The position numbers and the translations under genes were made by a program. From Daphnia carinata (lineage: Eukaryota), in contig NC_081332.1 of the NCBI RefSeq assembly GCF_022539665.2, positions 2,232,001 to 2,296,000 on the forward strand: a stretch of DNA of 64,000 bases. The letters are read 5' to 3'. Of this stretch, positions 28,020 to 40,180 are shown piece by piece. How positions within the stretch are numbered: position 1 is the first letter of the stretch; each line of letters begins with the position of its first letter. A model generated the notes under the pieces. The model saw only the letters and a program-made list of their open reading frames with translations. It was not told where the DNA came from and did not search any database.

Positions 28020-31000
28020 TCAGCAGGCAGGTGTGTGTAAACTGAACTTATATAGCAATGGCAACAGCTGACATCTACCTACATAAGAAAGGGGGGAATA
28101 ATTATCGTTGTTCGAATGACCGAAGATTTTTTCTGAAAACAACTTTTAAAAAAATCTTCACTCGTCAAACATGTTTGTAATAGACAAACAATTTCTTTTT
28201 TGATGGTGGCTCTACCGACAAAAAACTTAAAAAATCGGTCATTTCTCCTCCCCCTGCCCCCCTTCCTCTCTTTTAAAAGAAAAATCTGTTTGAAATTCCC
28301 AAGTTAAAAAAAAGATTTCTTAGTTGTCTTGTGCACTTTATATCCCGCTTTACCAATATTATCTCCTTGTACTTTGAATTCCGGTGACTGAGGTTGATTG
28401 AATTCATTCTTACCCTCGGCATCATAAGGAAAACAATTTAGCGCGGCGTAAAGATAAGCTATTTTTCTTTGTGCAGTTCTACTGTTTGTCGTACTTTAGT
28501 TTTTTTGTTATTTTCTTCATTGTTACTTATTTAGCTGTTTATTCTCAAACGCCCCTACTCTCTATACCCCGGACTCTTTTCTCCCAACCAGAACAACAAA
28601 AAAGGCAAAAAAAAAATAATAATAAAAAAGTAAAATACACTGTGCACGTGTTCTCTGTTGAACTTGAACATCTTCCTAATATCCTCAGTTGTAAGGGGAA
28701 ACCGTGTGGAAATAATTGCCGAACCGTATAGTTGCTACGCAGCGTTCGTTTCCAAGGAAAATGTAATTACGCTGTTTTTTTAGATTTACATAGATTTTGG
28801 ACGTTTCAAAATATGTGTTTCAACTGTTCATCTTAAACTCATTAAAACATGAAATTTAGCAGCGATTCATAGTCAGCCATGATTTGCAAATGGATGAATC
28901 TTAAATGAATATCTAAAATTCATAAATCATTAGTTAACACTGAAATCGTTGGTGCAAAGCTCAATGTGGTTAATAGTTAAGAAAAAAAGATGCAGGCCAT
29001 ATACGGGTTTCTAGATCACGTTTATTACTTTCTAATTGTATTCATCTCTAGTACGTACATGAGTACCACGTGTGTTGTCAAATCAATGTAATTGTTTACT
29101 GTATTCGTATTGAGTGACGTGAAAAAGGTTGTGTACTTGTGAGTTGAACGAAAATCATTCAAAAGCGTTTCCTGAGGCATTATTTGAGGATAGGGAGTTA
29201 GGGCAAGGCTGCTGAAATTTCCAGAAAGAAAAAAAAACAACGCACCACTGAATGTTACGTCTGTCTACAAACTGTGAAGGTCCCGACGTCTGCTAAATCG
29301 CTTGTTCAAAGTCATCTGCAAAGGAGTAACCTATATAGTACATATATGACGTTCGTCTGACAAGGGCCTGACGAGGGACTGATGAACACGAGGTAACAGG
29401 CAAAACGATTTTGTCCCTTAAATATCATTTACGAAAGGTTTCACAGAATTTTAGAATAACCTACGGTTGTTTATTGTATACCTGAGAATTTCATCTCTAG
29501 GGTGGTCTGTTAAATGTCAAATTTTTCAAATGGTTTAGACTGCAGTCTGCATCCATAAATTGTATTCGCTGCTGATAAATGTGTAAACATACGTCACGTC
29601 TAGTCTGCATTTGAACCTCTGATTTAATTTTAGAATGGAAAAAAAGACCTGAAAACTATTAGACAAGTCAAATCGAATCAGGAAATGTGAAAGTGATGGC
29701 CAATGACGGCCCAATTTCTCGAATAAATTAGAAAACTTCTACCAGTTATTTTTAGCCTGGAAAAATCTCGTTAGAGTGAGAGACAAGTCGGACGTGTACG
29801 AATAGCTCAACCTTGTAGTGTGTGTTGAAATTGTTGTTCATTGCCCACAGTGATGACGGGCTACCTAATAACCGTCCTCGTCAAAGACCCTCTATAGAAG
29901 CTGACGGTAGACATATAGAATACAATTGGGGGATTTAAACAGGTTTTTTTTATTTCATAAGTAAGAAATAGACGGCCTAAAGCACCATTGGCGTTTGAAG
30001 GATAGGTTCACCTTTGATTGATTGATGTGCCGCATTAACCCTCCAGAAATCACAATTCCAATTCTAATTTTCAGTTGGGTTTCATTTTTGCCCCAACCCT
30101 CTGCCGACTAGAGCGATTCTTTTTACCCTAGTAAAAATTTAAAGATAAGATAAGCTAGATTTTAATACGCTTTACATGTTATATGTGCATGTGTTATCTT
30201 TAGATTACGTTACGGTTCAAGCACTCCAGAAAGTTCTCTAAGGGGAACTTTAATTGTATTTATTTTTAATTTCTAATTTTTTAATGTCTTAATTAAATTA
30301 AATATAAGTGAATTATTAATAACTGTGGCTTAAGCAATGAATCCTTGTCTGATATTCACATTATCTTTTTGCTGCCATTTTGTCAACAAATACAATACAC
30401 GAAAATGTGCATAAACATCTGTTTCACGAAAAAAGGTGGCCTCGTAAAAAAACACACACACAGCATAGCAGCACGTAAGTTCCTAAAATTCACTCAATTT
30501 CTATGTGTATTTACCATTCCCAAAAATTCAGTTCAAATCAAATTGAAAAATTCGACACTGAAAAACCGAAATCCAACGCAAAAATAAAAATAGTAATTGG
30601 AGTGAAAAATAAAGGTTAGGAAAGAATAAATTAGACAAGCGCGTGTATGTTCAAAAAAAAAAAAAGAAATGTTCAAATCGCCCCCTTTTTTTCCTATCTA
30701 CGCGTATATACAACTTGTGCTTTGGGCCTTTATAGCGACTTCGCGTGTGTGTATGGCCAGGGCCGGCTGCCGGCGAACCGGCAGTTGTCTCTGAACCGTC
30801 GACGAGTGAACAGGTGGATTGAAACTCTGCGTCATCCATCCCTACACAGACATCTCTTGTTCGTTTGTTGTTGTTGTTTTTTTTATTATTATTACTTAAG
30901 CAGTTTAGTTGGCAATTGTTTTAATAGCCACTTGTGCAAGACTTTGCGTTGAACAAGTTTGAAGGTCTTAACGTCATTTGGAAAACGTCAAAATATCACG

Positions 31001-31290
31001 TTACGTTCTGTTTTTGGTCTGATTGCAAAGGTCGGTGTCAGTTGGGCAGGAAATATCTGGCCGATTTTTCGAGAATTTGAACAGGCGAGAAAATCTACAC
31101 CAACAAAACCGCAATAAACGTGGTGCTTCTCTCGTCGTTTTCATTCGCCAAGTCCCGGAAGGAAATGAACTGACTGTTCGTGTTCTATGTGAATTTGTTT
31201 TGTTTTTTTCGTGCATCAAAACATTTCGTGAAGGTTGAACAATTTTTTTGTTTTTCTTCTTCTTTCCGGGATTGTCAAACAGTGAACGAA

Positions 31291-34200
31291 ATGGATGCTT
31301 TCGATAGCTTAGAACAGCCGCTCTGTGACTACAATGAGAGCATGGACGCTCTACCAGAACTGTGGGAATCGGAATCTTTTGAATCGGTAAGTCTTTCTTT
31401 TTAAAAACACACATTTTCTGTCGTACATGTTGTGTGAACTTCCGCTGATTCGACAAGCCTAAAAGCGACCCAGACTTTAAACGGTGAGAGCTCGAAGGGT
31501 AAAGGAGTACATTGACGTAAAGAAAAATGTTGGGTGGGACTCGGTCACGTGCGAGATGGGACTAGGGAAAGCATTTTTCTGAAGTGGGGGCGGAAATCTT
31601 TGCTCTATTACACGGCAGAAAAAAAGAGGTGGCTGTTGATGGTTTAAAAGAAAAAAAAAAGAATCAAGTCTCGTGTGCATTGTGCTTCCTCTTAAAAATG
31701 ACCGAAAGTTACCGTTGACCTTCAGGTAGAAATTGTTCTTTTGTTGGGAATATGATGGGGCGTTATCTTGACCGTAGGGTAAAAATTACAGAGTCCTTCG
31801 TATTGATCTCGTGGTCTTGAAAAAATAGAAATACACATATTTGTGAAAGCTTTCTCTGTAGAGTAGATGAAATTAGTGCCGTAATTTTTTGGCTGCGTGA
31901 TTACCTGTTTGATACCAAAATTGAAAGTTTTCTGTGTTTGATATGTCATCGCTTCTGGCGTTCAAGGCCACGCTTGCTGGAACTCCGATATAAAGAAGCT
32001 GAGCTTGAATACGAAATTGGATGGCATTTTTTTTTTTATTTTGTTGTATACTTGCACCATAGCAGAGAATTTTCCTTTGTAACAAAAAACCGGTTCTCTT
32101 TTGAAAATGTCGTTTGAAGACGAGTTCACTGGCCTGGCATTTTCGGTCGTCCTTATTTTGCACATTTTTGGCCAAATTATAGTTTTCGATGCTGAAATTG
32201 ATCAAACATCTTTCCTAAAAAGAAAAGATCAAACATTTTCATTTGCACTCTCTGAACAGGTTTTACAATCGATGTTGCAATCCTTAAACGGACGCGGGGG
32301 AACTCCTAGATGTCATTAGATCGAGGAAAAGCAATTCGTTTTGAAGATGATAACCACACGTTTGAAAAGTACACACGATAAATAAAAAGTTTGGTTTTTT
32401 GGCTTCTACGCGATAAGAAATGCCTCCCAAAAGGAAACGGCATCTGAACGGATGAGCCGCCATTTTCGAACATGTGTGCCGTTTGACAGTTCTAAAATTA
32501 TGGAATTTCAGATAAGCACGTTGTTTAGAGAAAAAAAAAGTCTATGTTTACACGACTGCATAAAATTCATTCTAAAGAAATTTTGTTTTTTTCTTAAACC
32601 CTATAAATCTGAAACAAGAGACGCACGATTTTTTGGTTTTGTTTTAAACAAATTTGGCACATTGTTGGTTGATGCTAATCCGAAGCCTTTTCCCGTACTG
32701 CTGTTACTTTGCACTGTGGTGCGTTTAGCAGCAGAGCGGGAAGCGTGGGGAGAGAGTTCATTAGCCGGTGGTCAAGGACAAGCAGTGAAACTTCTTTTTT
32801 TCTTGTTATTCTTCCTATTTTCTTCGTTGAGTCTCTCTCTCTCTTTCATTTGGTTCGTTACTTGCTTCTCATTCCTCCCTGTTTCTTCGGTGTGTATGGC
32901 CAACTGAGCGTGCAACGCTTGTTGTCTTCGTCCTTAACAGATGGTAATCTTCTGCTAGTGCACTTGTTACTCACAAAACAGGAGAAAGAGTTTTGAAACT
33001 TTTTTGAGGGGACTTTCACTCTCAAGTCATCTAAATAGTAGCCATGAGACTACGTTTAACTTGTTTATACACCACAAAAAAGAAATGTCGGTGTCATTTC
33101 GGTCAACAGTCCCTCGCGTCGTTCGCCTTGAAAAGCAGTCACACAACACCACAAAGTAAATAAAAAAAAAGCGCAAGGAACAAAAAAAAACAAAAAAAAA
33201 AACTTACGGAACCTTCTTCAGAGTTTTTTGTCGTCTGCTCTTTTTCTGTTTGCCTACGTGATTCAACTTGTGTTCGAATCCACTGAAAAGGTTACACAGC
33301 ACTCTTTTTTTCTCGTTATTTTGGCTTTTTTCGTCATGAGGAACTCAAACACATTTTTAGAAATATTAAATTAACTAAATTTGAATTTTCATAAACTGTT
33401 GTGGGCGTTTTGCTGTTTTGTTTACATTGTTTTTTTTTCTTGTTCTTTCGTCTACCAGTCGATGGTGGTGGAATTGCAAGACCCCGAAAGCTACGAGCAC
33501 GCCGATTGGCCAACTGGGCTAAGCTTCAGTTTGATGCCCGTCGAAGATGACAGCAACGACGGCCTCTCTGTGAGCGACACTGGCATGGTGGTGTTACACG
33601 ATCGGCTCATCACCGACACGACCAACAAAGTTTTGACTAACCCCATTCGCCGCTACACCAACCGCGTTCATCCCAATTCGTCGTTGTACACTGAGGCTTC
33701 GCTCATCAGTTCCAAGGATCACACGAGCACGTTCAACATCACCATCGGTAGCCGAGGAGAGGTAGAAATTTCAGAAGACACTGATTCCACTACAGGTAAA
33801 ACAGGTTTCCCTCTCTATTTTTTTGGGTCTGTTATGGTTCAACCAGTACAACAAAGAACAACAAAAGAATTATCAGAAATATGTTGGATATGTCCAGGAA
33901 TAGGAAACCCGTTTTGTGATCCACTTTCAGTGGGCGTCAAGACGGAACCAGCTTCTCCGCGACCAGCCTCTCCTTCGACGTTCATCGACGCCCAGTTTGA
34001 TTTGAAAAATTCCCGCTCGGAATCACGGAAGCGATCCATTTCGTTTTCCAACACTTCGTGCAACCGCGAACGACCCACTGCCAAGGTGATCAACTATTTT
34101 TTTTTCTTATTTGCATAATTGGACTTTAATGACGTTGGACGTGTAATTATTTCAGACGAAGGCAGTGCCTGGAAACAGCCGCCTAATGCTGACAAGAGTC

Positions 34201-35396
34201 GCAAACACTTCGTGCTCTAATAAATCAGGTGAAAACATTTTTTTATTCGTAACCCCATTTTTTTTTTTGTTAAACGTTTACATTGCCGTACACGCACGTC
34301 CATTAACGCATATGGCGACGCACTTGCGACGCACTTGTTGCGGCAGTTCGGACTACCTTCCGCTTATGGCGCCCACCTTTTTTTCCTACGTTTACGACCC
34401 GGAAAGTTGCCTGAATGATATATATTTGTTAATGTTAATGTTATAAGATAACGTACAGTTCGAGAAACTTGACGAATAATAGAGAAAAACGATCATTTTA
34501 GTTGTCCCTTTTTTTTTTCGCTCGAAATTTCAATTTCTTTTATTTGCATGTTTGCGCGTCATCGCAGCTAGTTTTTTGTTGCCCCCTACGCCTCCGTCGT
34601 CGACGTCAAGTGACAGCGAAGGAAGTCTTTCTCCTGAAAGGGAAGCTGCCTCTCCCAAGTCGGAAGAAAGCAACGAAAACGCAACTAGAAGATTAAATCA
34701 GGCCGGACGCGTTCTCTTAACCACCAAGCCATTACCCGACCTGTTCGGTAGCGGTAGCAGCCGCCACCCTATTAACAGCCCTCTCATCAGCTACCAACCT
34801 GTAATTTGAAAATCAATGAATTAAATCCTCAAATCTTATTTCAATCTAACAAAAAAAAAAAACTTAAATTATTTTTAACTTGCAGAAAGGTTCAACTGGA
34901 GTGCTTCAACTGACAGAGGAAGAAAAAAGAACTCTGTTAGCTGAGGGCTATCCAGTGCCAACTCGACTGCCCCTAACGAAAGCCGAAGAAAAATCATTGA
35001 AAAAGATCCGCCGCAAGATTAAAAATAAAATCTCGGCTCAGGAGTCTCGTCGAAAAAAAAAAGAATACATGGACACGCTTGAGGTAAACAACATTTGTTA
35101 TTTAAATGTATATATATATTTGGAATGGGGGAGGGAGGCGAGGACGAATTGGTGGGGGGTAGATAGTTTATGCAGTCAATGAAAGGCGTGTGCTAATTTT
35201 TTGTCCGCCCTCTCGATGACAGAGACGGGCTCAAGTGCTGGCCGACGAAAACAGCGACTATCGCCAGCGGCTGCACAAGTTGGAGACGGACAATGCGGCC
35301 CTTCAGCTTCAACTGACACGCCTCAAGCACCTCTGTAGTAAACGATCCAACAGCGGGGATCTAAATTCTCATCAAATTGATGAAATGGTAATGTGA
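31291..35396 (+). CDS. CrebA: CrebA / CREB3L1-L2-family bZIP transcription factor, multi-exon
   Basis: Exon 1 31291-31386 (MDAFDSLEQ...), LHDRLITD motif, [15 protein letters not shown], adjacent-to-bZIP domain [60 protein letters not shown], and zipper exon 35223-35396 ending ...QIDEMVM*. Confidence 0.93.
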
Positions 35397-38300
35397 ATAT
35401 ATTGTCTACGATTGGTTTGATGGACAGCCGTAATGGAATTCGGACATTTCGTTTACATTATGTATAGTCTATACCTATTAAAGAAGTCGATGACTGCTTT
35501 TCAACTAGAGGCTAAACGTTTGTGACTGACAGATGAAATGAGCCTGTCAAAAATCATTCCGTCCATTTTGTTTGGGTAAATCGATTTTTTTTTGTGTCTA
35601 ACTGTGAAACACTTTCTCTGAATATTGATGACAAATTTTGATTTTGTTTTTGCATGTAGAGTAGGAAATACCTGATACTCCGTTGCACATCTGTAATAGC
35701 TAGTCTTTAAAAAAAAACTAACAAAATATTCTGATTTGAAGACGTCGATCCTGATTTTTTTTTTTTTGGCATTACGCTCCCTCATGCGCGCAATCGGCTA
35801 TTACTGCGACGGATTTCATTCATTCTCCTATTCTTATTAATAGATAAACAAAACGTGGGGTAAGCTGTTTGTTATTTTGCTGGATTATGTTTTTTTGAAG
35901 ACTAGCGCGTGCAATCGGTACACGCCAAAAAATAACTTCTTTTTTTATCTGTTCTCATGTTTATTCACGTTCTCTGACACCTTAAACGTTGTTGTTTCCA
36001 TTACTGTTTGTTTTCTGTGTTTTCATTTTTTTTTTTTTTGCGTGCTTTTTTTTTCCTAAAAAAAAGGTGAAGCATTGAACATGGTGACTGGTTTGAAATA
36101 GTGTATGCTATTTTCTACATATTTTTGACCCGTGTTTTGTTTTTTCAATTGCTGTTGATTTCGTTTTTTTTTTTCATGGGATTCTTAAACTTTCATCGGT
36201 TATACTTGGGATCACGTAGCTATCATCATCGCCTTTCATTTTTTTTTGCTCCGTTTTGTTTGAAATTTCTGTTCCTTTTTTCTATTGTTATGTATCGTTT
36301 GTTTCAGGGCACGCATTATTATTACACGATTGATTGCTTTTTTCTACAAATATTTAGATTTTTACCTATTTTTAAATTACAGGAAACGTTGGGGAAGAAC
36401 AGCGGTAAATGAAAAAATAAACGAAGCTTATAAATAAAAGACGACAAGACAACGTTAACGGCTTGATGATGGATGAGATGGTTTGATTCATTTTCTTTTT
36501 TCACACCAGACAGCGACTCTTTACACGGCATGGGAAAACGATGTCTTGATAATGATGCAGATTTTCTCTGAATTTATCGTCTCCTGACTTCTTGGTTTCA
36601 TAACTAAGACCGGTAGAATCGTTAAACAAAACATATATTTTTATATCGTTAGGGGAATTTCAAGGGATTAAATGAGTCGAAAAATAATAAGATGTCGTGG
36701 AAAATGCGAGCTCACAGTCGCATGGCTAGAATCAAACGTGTGACTTACCACTATCAACAGAACGCTGAATGCACTGTCAGCGATTGCATCCCCATTTTGC
36801 CTTGTATTTTATTTTTTTTTATGTAAGGCCATAAACTCTTTAGAAATGAAGTTTTCTGCCACTTAATGTGACTAGAAAAATCTGTATGTTTTGGTTTTTT
36901 AATTATGCGTCAACCTGAAATCTTGTTTAATAAAAACGATGGTTATTACGCTGATAAAAGTGGACTTCTCGCAATGTGCGATCCTGCAACGCTAAACAGA
37001 ATGACGGATACGCATATTTCTCACAATTACATTCCAAGTTGACGGTTGGTAGAAAAAAAAATATTCAACTAGAAAAAGCCTTGCATACCCTGAAAATATA
37101 CCATCTGTCGAAAAATATTGAAAGCACCGATTTTTACTTTGAGGTCTTCACGTTTCCGGCAACTATTAACATTCCGAAAAGAACAAACCCTTTTTTTTTC
37201 TAAATTGCAGCAAGTCGTAAATTTTAAAGGCAAGGGGTTTTCTTGTAAACAACAGGTGTGCATCACGTTCCTTGTACCCAATGGCTGCATACAGTACGCG
37301 TTCAAACGGTGGCCCACTCACTATAGTGCTCACGGTCTCCTTGAACATTTGAAGGAAATCTTCGTTTCATAAGCAATAGTTTATTTGATTCGGAAATTTT
37401 AAAAAATCGTTGTAGTTATGACGAACTGTGGCCAAAGGATTGATAATTTGAAAGAAACAAAGACGAAATAGTTTGAGCAGCTATAACTAAGTACAGTCAT
37501 AATTAAATACGAATGTAGAATAGAAACAAGCAAAAACACCAGTAGGCTTTTTCGGGATTCCCCCGGTTTTTTTTTTTTCAAGAAGCCAAATGATGAATAA
37601 AAAATGTAAATTCCTTTAGCCTCACAGCCAACTCATGTAATTACGTGTTGCGTATGCCCTATGGCCTACCAATTAGTGTATCGAAAATAAGGTAGCAATG
37701 GATTTTCATGCAATTATAAACCAGTTATCGAGATCCGGCCATCGAGTCTAAAATGATAAGATGGTATAGAGATTGCAGACTGGACACGCAACAGGTTTCC
37801 GATACAGTATGCATAATACGCACGTTACAGATTTCCGCTCAAGGACACATGGCAGCCCGTCTCTGTATCTAATTTCGTAACCTCTCGATCGCAGTTTTAC
37901 ACATGCATTGCCATCTGACGAGGAAAATAGCTACCTTACATTGCAATTTCGTGATTCGATTTCAATTAAAGTGTTGTTTAGAAACACTTTTCAAATCTAA
38001 CAAGAGAACAGTGTGACGTTTATTTACTTCACGTTCAACTAATAAAAAAAGCATGCTCACGGTCTATTGCGTGGCTATGACGCCCATCCAACTCATCCGA
38101 CAGCGCGAACTGATATTATACTTGTTTATAGCTTTGGCGATGGGTCTTCATAGGACCAGCTCATTATGCAAAGCTAAACGTTGTGTTTGTAATGAAGGGT
38201 GAGTCTTGTATGTTGGGTGATTTAAGAAATGTATAAATAATAAATTCTCTGCATGAAATTTGTTTCCCTTCCTTTCAGAGGATTTGAATGTAGTTCTAGA

Positions 38301-39077
38301 CTAAGCTTATTACCTATCGCGTAATGGTTGGTGCTGTAACCACAGGAACTGGGGCGTTGTTTTGAACAGTAAATCGTACGAACATTTTTAGTCTTCGAGA
38401 ATTGTTAAGAGTTCAATAACTAGCTAGCCTTTCTGAATGGAAAACAAAAAGCTTGATTTTCTAAGTCGGCCCAATCACCGACGTTTCCTTTTCTAATTTT
38501 GTGGTACAAGTTGTAGGTCGCCATTGTTTCATAGCCGTTTTGAGACGGAGGTGGGAAGTGAAATGACAAAATTTTTAGCTTACCTAATCCATTCAATTTC
38601 ATATTCAGCAATTAACTTTAGTGACATATTTTGCTTATTAGGCTGCTACAAATATTATGTTTATCTCGGAGCCAACTGTGCGTAAAAGAACTTTCTAGAT
38701 CTCTATGCTAGTTCTAGACCAGTTACTGATCATATCTTTGTTTCCCATTGTCAAACCTGAAGAGTTTCGTTGAAATTGAAAAGCGAAATCACCAAAGAAG
38801 AACAATCGAAAGCAGCGCAGGAAGGACAACTTGAAATCAGATGCAGGGGCTCATCCTGAAGAACTGGAATTGGATTGGAAATAGAAGACGAGCCGTTGAG
38901 ATCGAAGTGGATACGATATGACGATTATTTAATAATAATGGTTCCTTCTGGTAAAAAAAAAGGTAATCATACAATAACCGTCAACACTATACCACTAAAA
39001 ATATGTTTACTTTAGTATATTATCTATTATAAATATTCTTTGACCGCTAGATGCAGTATGTGGCGTAATTTTGTCCG

Positions 39078-39104
39078 GTCACCATGTAACAGTTGCTAGG
39101 CAAC
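39078..39104. promoter_or_regulatory. Tandem RFX X-box-like motifs
   Basis: GTCACCATGTAAC (39078-39090) followed after 1 nt by the near-palindrome GTTGCTAGGCAAC (39092-39104); both resemble GTNRCC-N0-3-RGYAAC. Confidence 0.5.
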
Positions 39105-39126
39105 GGCATCTGCAAGTGCTGTGTTG

Positions 39127-39601
39127 ATGTTCAACCGAATTTGCTTTGTGCGATTGTGTGATTGCCTACAATAATCGTTACACTGATTTGTTTAAGCCTG
39201 TTGTGGTCAGGAGTGATCATGGCGATGAGGAAAGGAAATAAGATCTAGTAATCACAAGTGAATCTCCGCCGATTAACGTTGTAACTGTACAGCCATCTCC
39301 GGAACAGACAACCACCTGTGGATGTCTATTGAACGGGTATCTCATAGAACTGTGATTTCTCTGTAGCAGCAGTTGCTATGCCAATGGTAGCTGTTTGTAT
39401 AATTCGAAGGATCTTTGTTTTATTGCACAACCATAAAGACCCCTCAAGAGCGGCAATGTAATTTCTTTTTCATATCTAATTATTTGCAATGACCTCATAT
39501 TATTTTTTAGGATATTATACAACCTTTGGCTATGAAATCGGGTGTGTTATTGAAGAAGCATTTTTGAAGCTGAAATGTATTTTGTCCTGCCATGAAATAA
39601 A
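39127..39601 (+). pseudogene. Possible small spliced gene, interrupted by an in-frame stop
   Basis: ATG at 39127, candidate introns 39148-39196 and 39458-39510, AATAAA at 39596. The spliced frame reads MFNRICF/PVVVRSDHGDEERK*DLVITSESPPINVVTVQPSPEQTTTCGCLLN. Confidence 0.25.
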
Positions 39602-39979
39602 CAGTTAAAATTTTCATTATTGTTTCCTTTTTCTTTTTCTGGGCATCGCTTCACGCAAAAGCAGTGAATCGAACGCCCTCTGTTTTTGAACCTGATCGTT
39701 TCAACGGCTGTGAAGAGGACTGTGGCATTTTCATTTGTGATAAATTTTTTAAAACCTAAATGAAAACAAATATTACCTTATCGAACTTTGTGCGTTATTA
39801 GCTATATCACAATTATTTTGTAATAGGATATGTTTCCAAAATCAGATTTGTTTAGAAATATGGGGAAAAGGGGTGACTTCGTATATGTTAGCCAAGGTTC
39901 CCCCAGGTCCTCCGTAAATAACAAGCCGAAATTTGAACGAAAAATAGGCAAGCTAATTCTGAGTTCCAAGAATCTTCCA

Positions 39980-40180
39980 AAATGGACTCCTTGTGTGAGC
40001 AATTTTCTCGTCTTTCGCTGCAAGATGATTCGTGTTTTGAAATGGATACCTTGTGTCAACATTTTTCGCGTCTGTCGCTGCAAGATGATTCACCGTGTGG
40101 AATGGATACCTTGGGCAAACAGTTTTCGCACCTTTGGCCGCAAGATGTTTCACCTTTTGAAAGGGATTCCTTTGGCCAGC
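39980..40180 (+). repeat. 60-bp tandem repeat, ~3.3 copies (coding)
   Basis: Units start aaatggactcc / aaatggatacc / gaatggatacc / aaagggattcc and encode MDSLCEQFSRLSLQDDSCFE, MDTLCQHFSRLSLQDDSPCG and MDTLGKQFSHLWPQDVSPFE. Confidence 0.9.
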
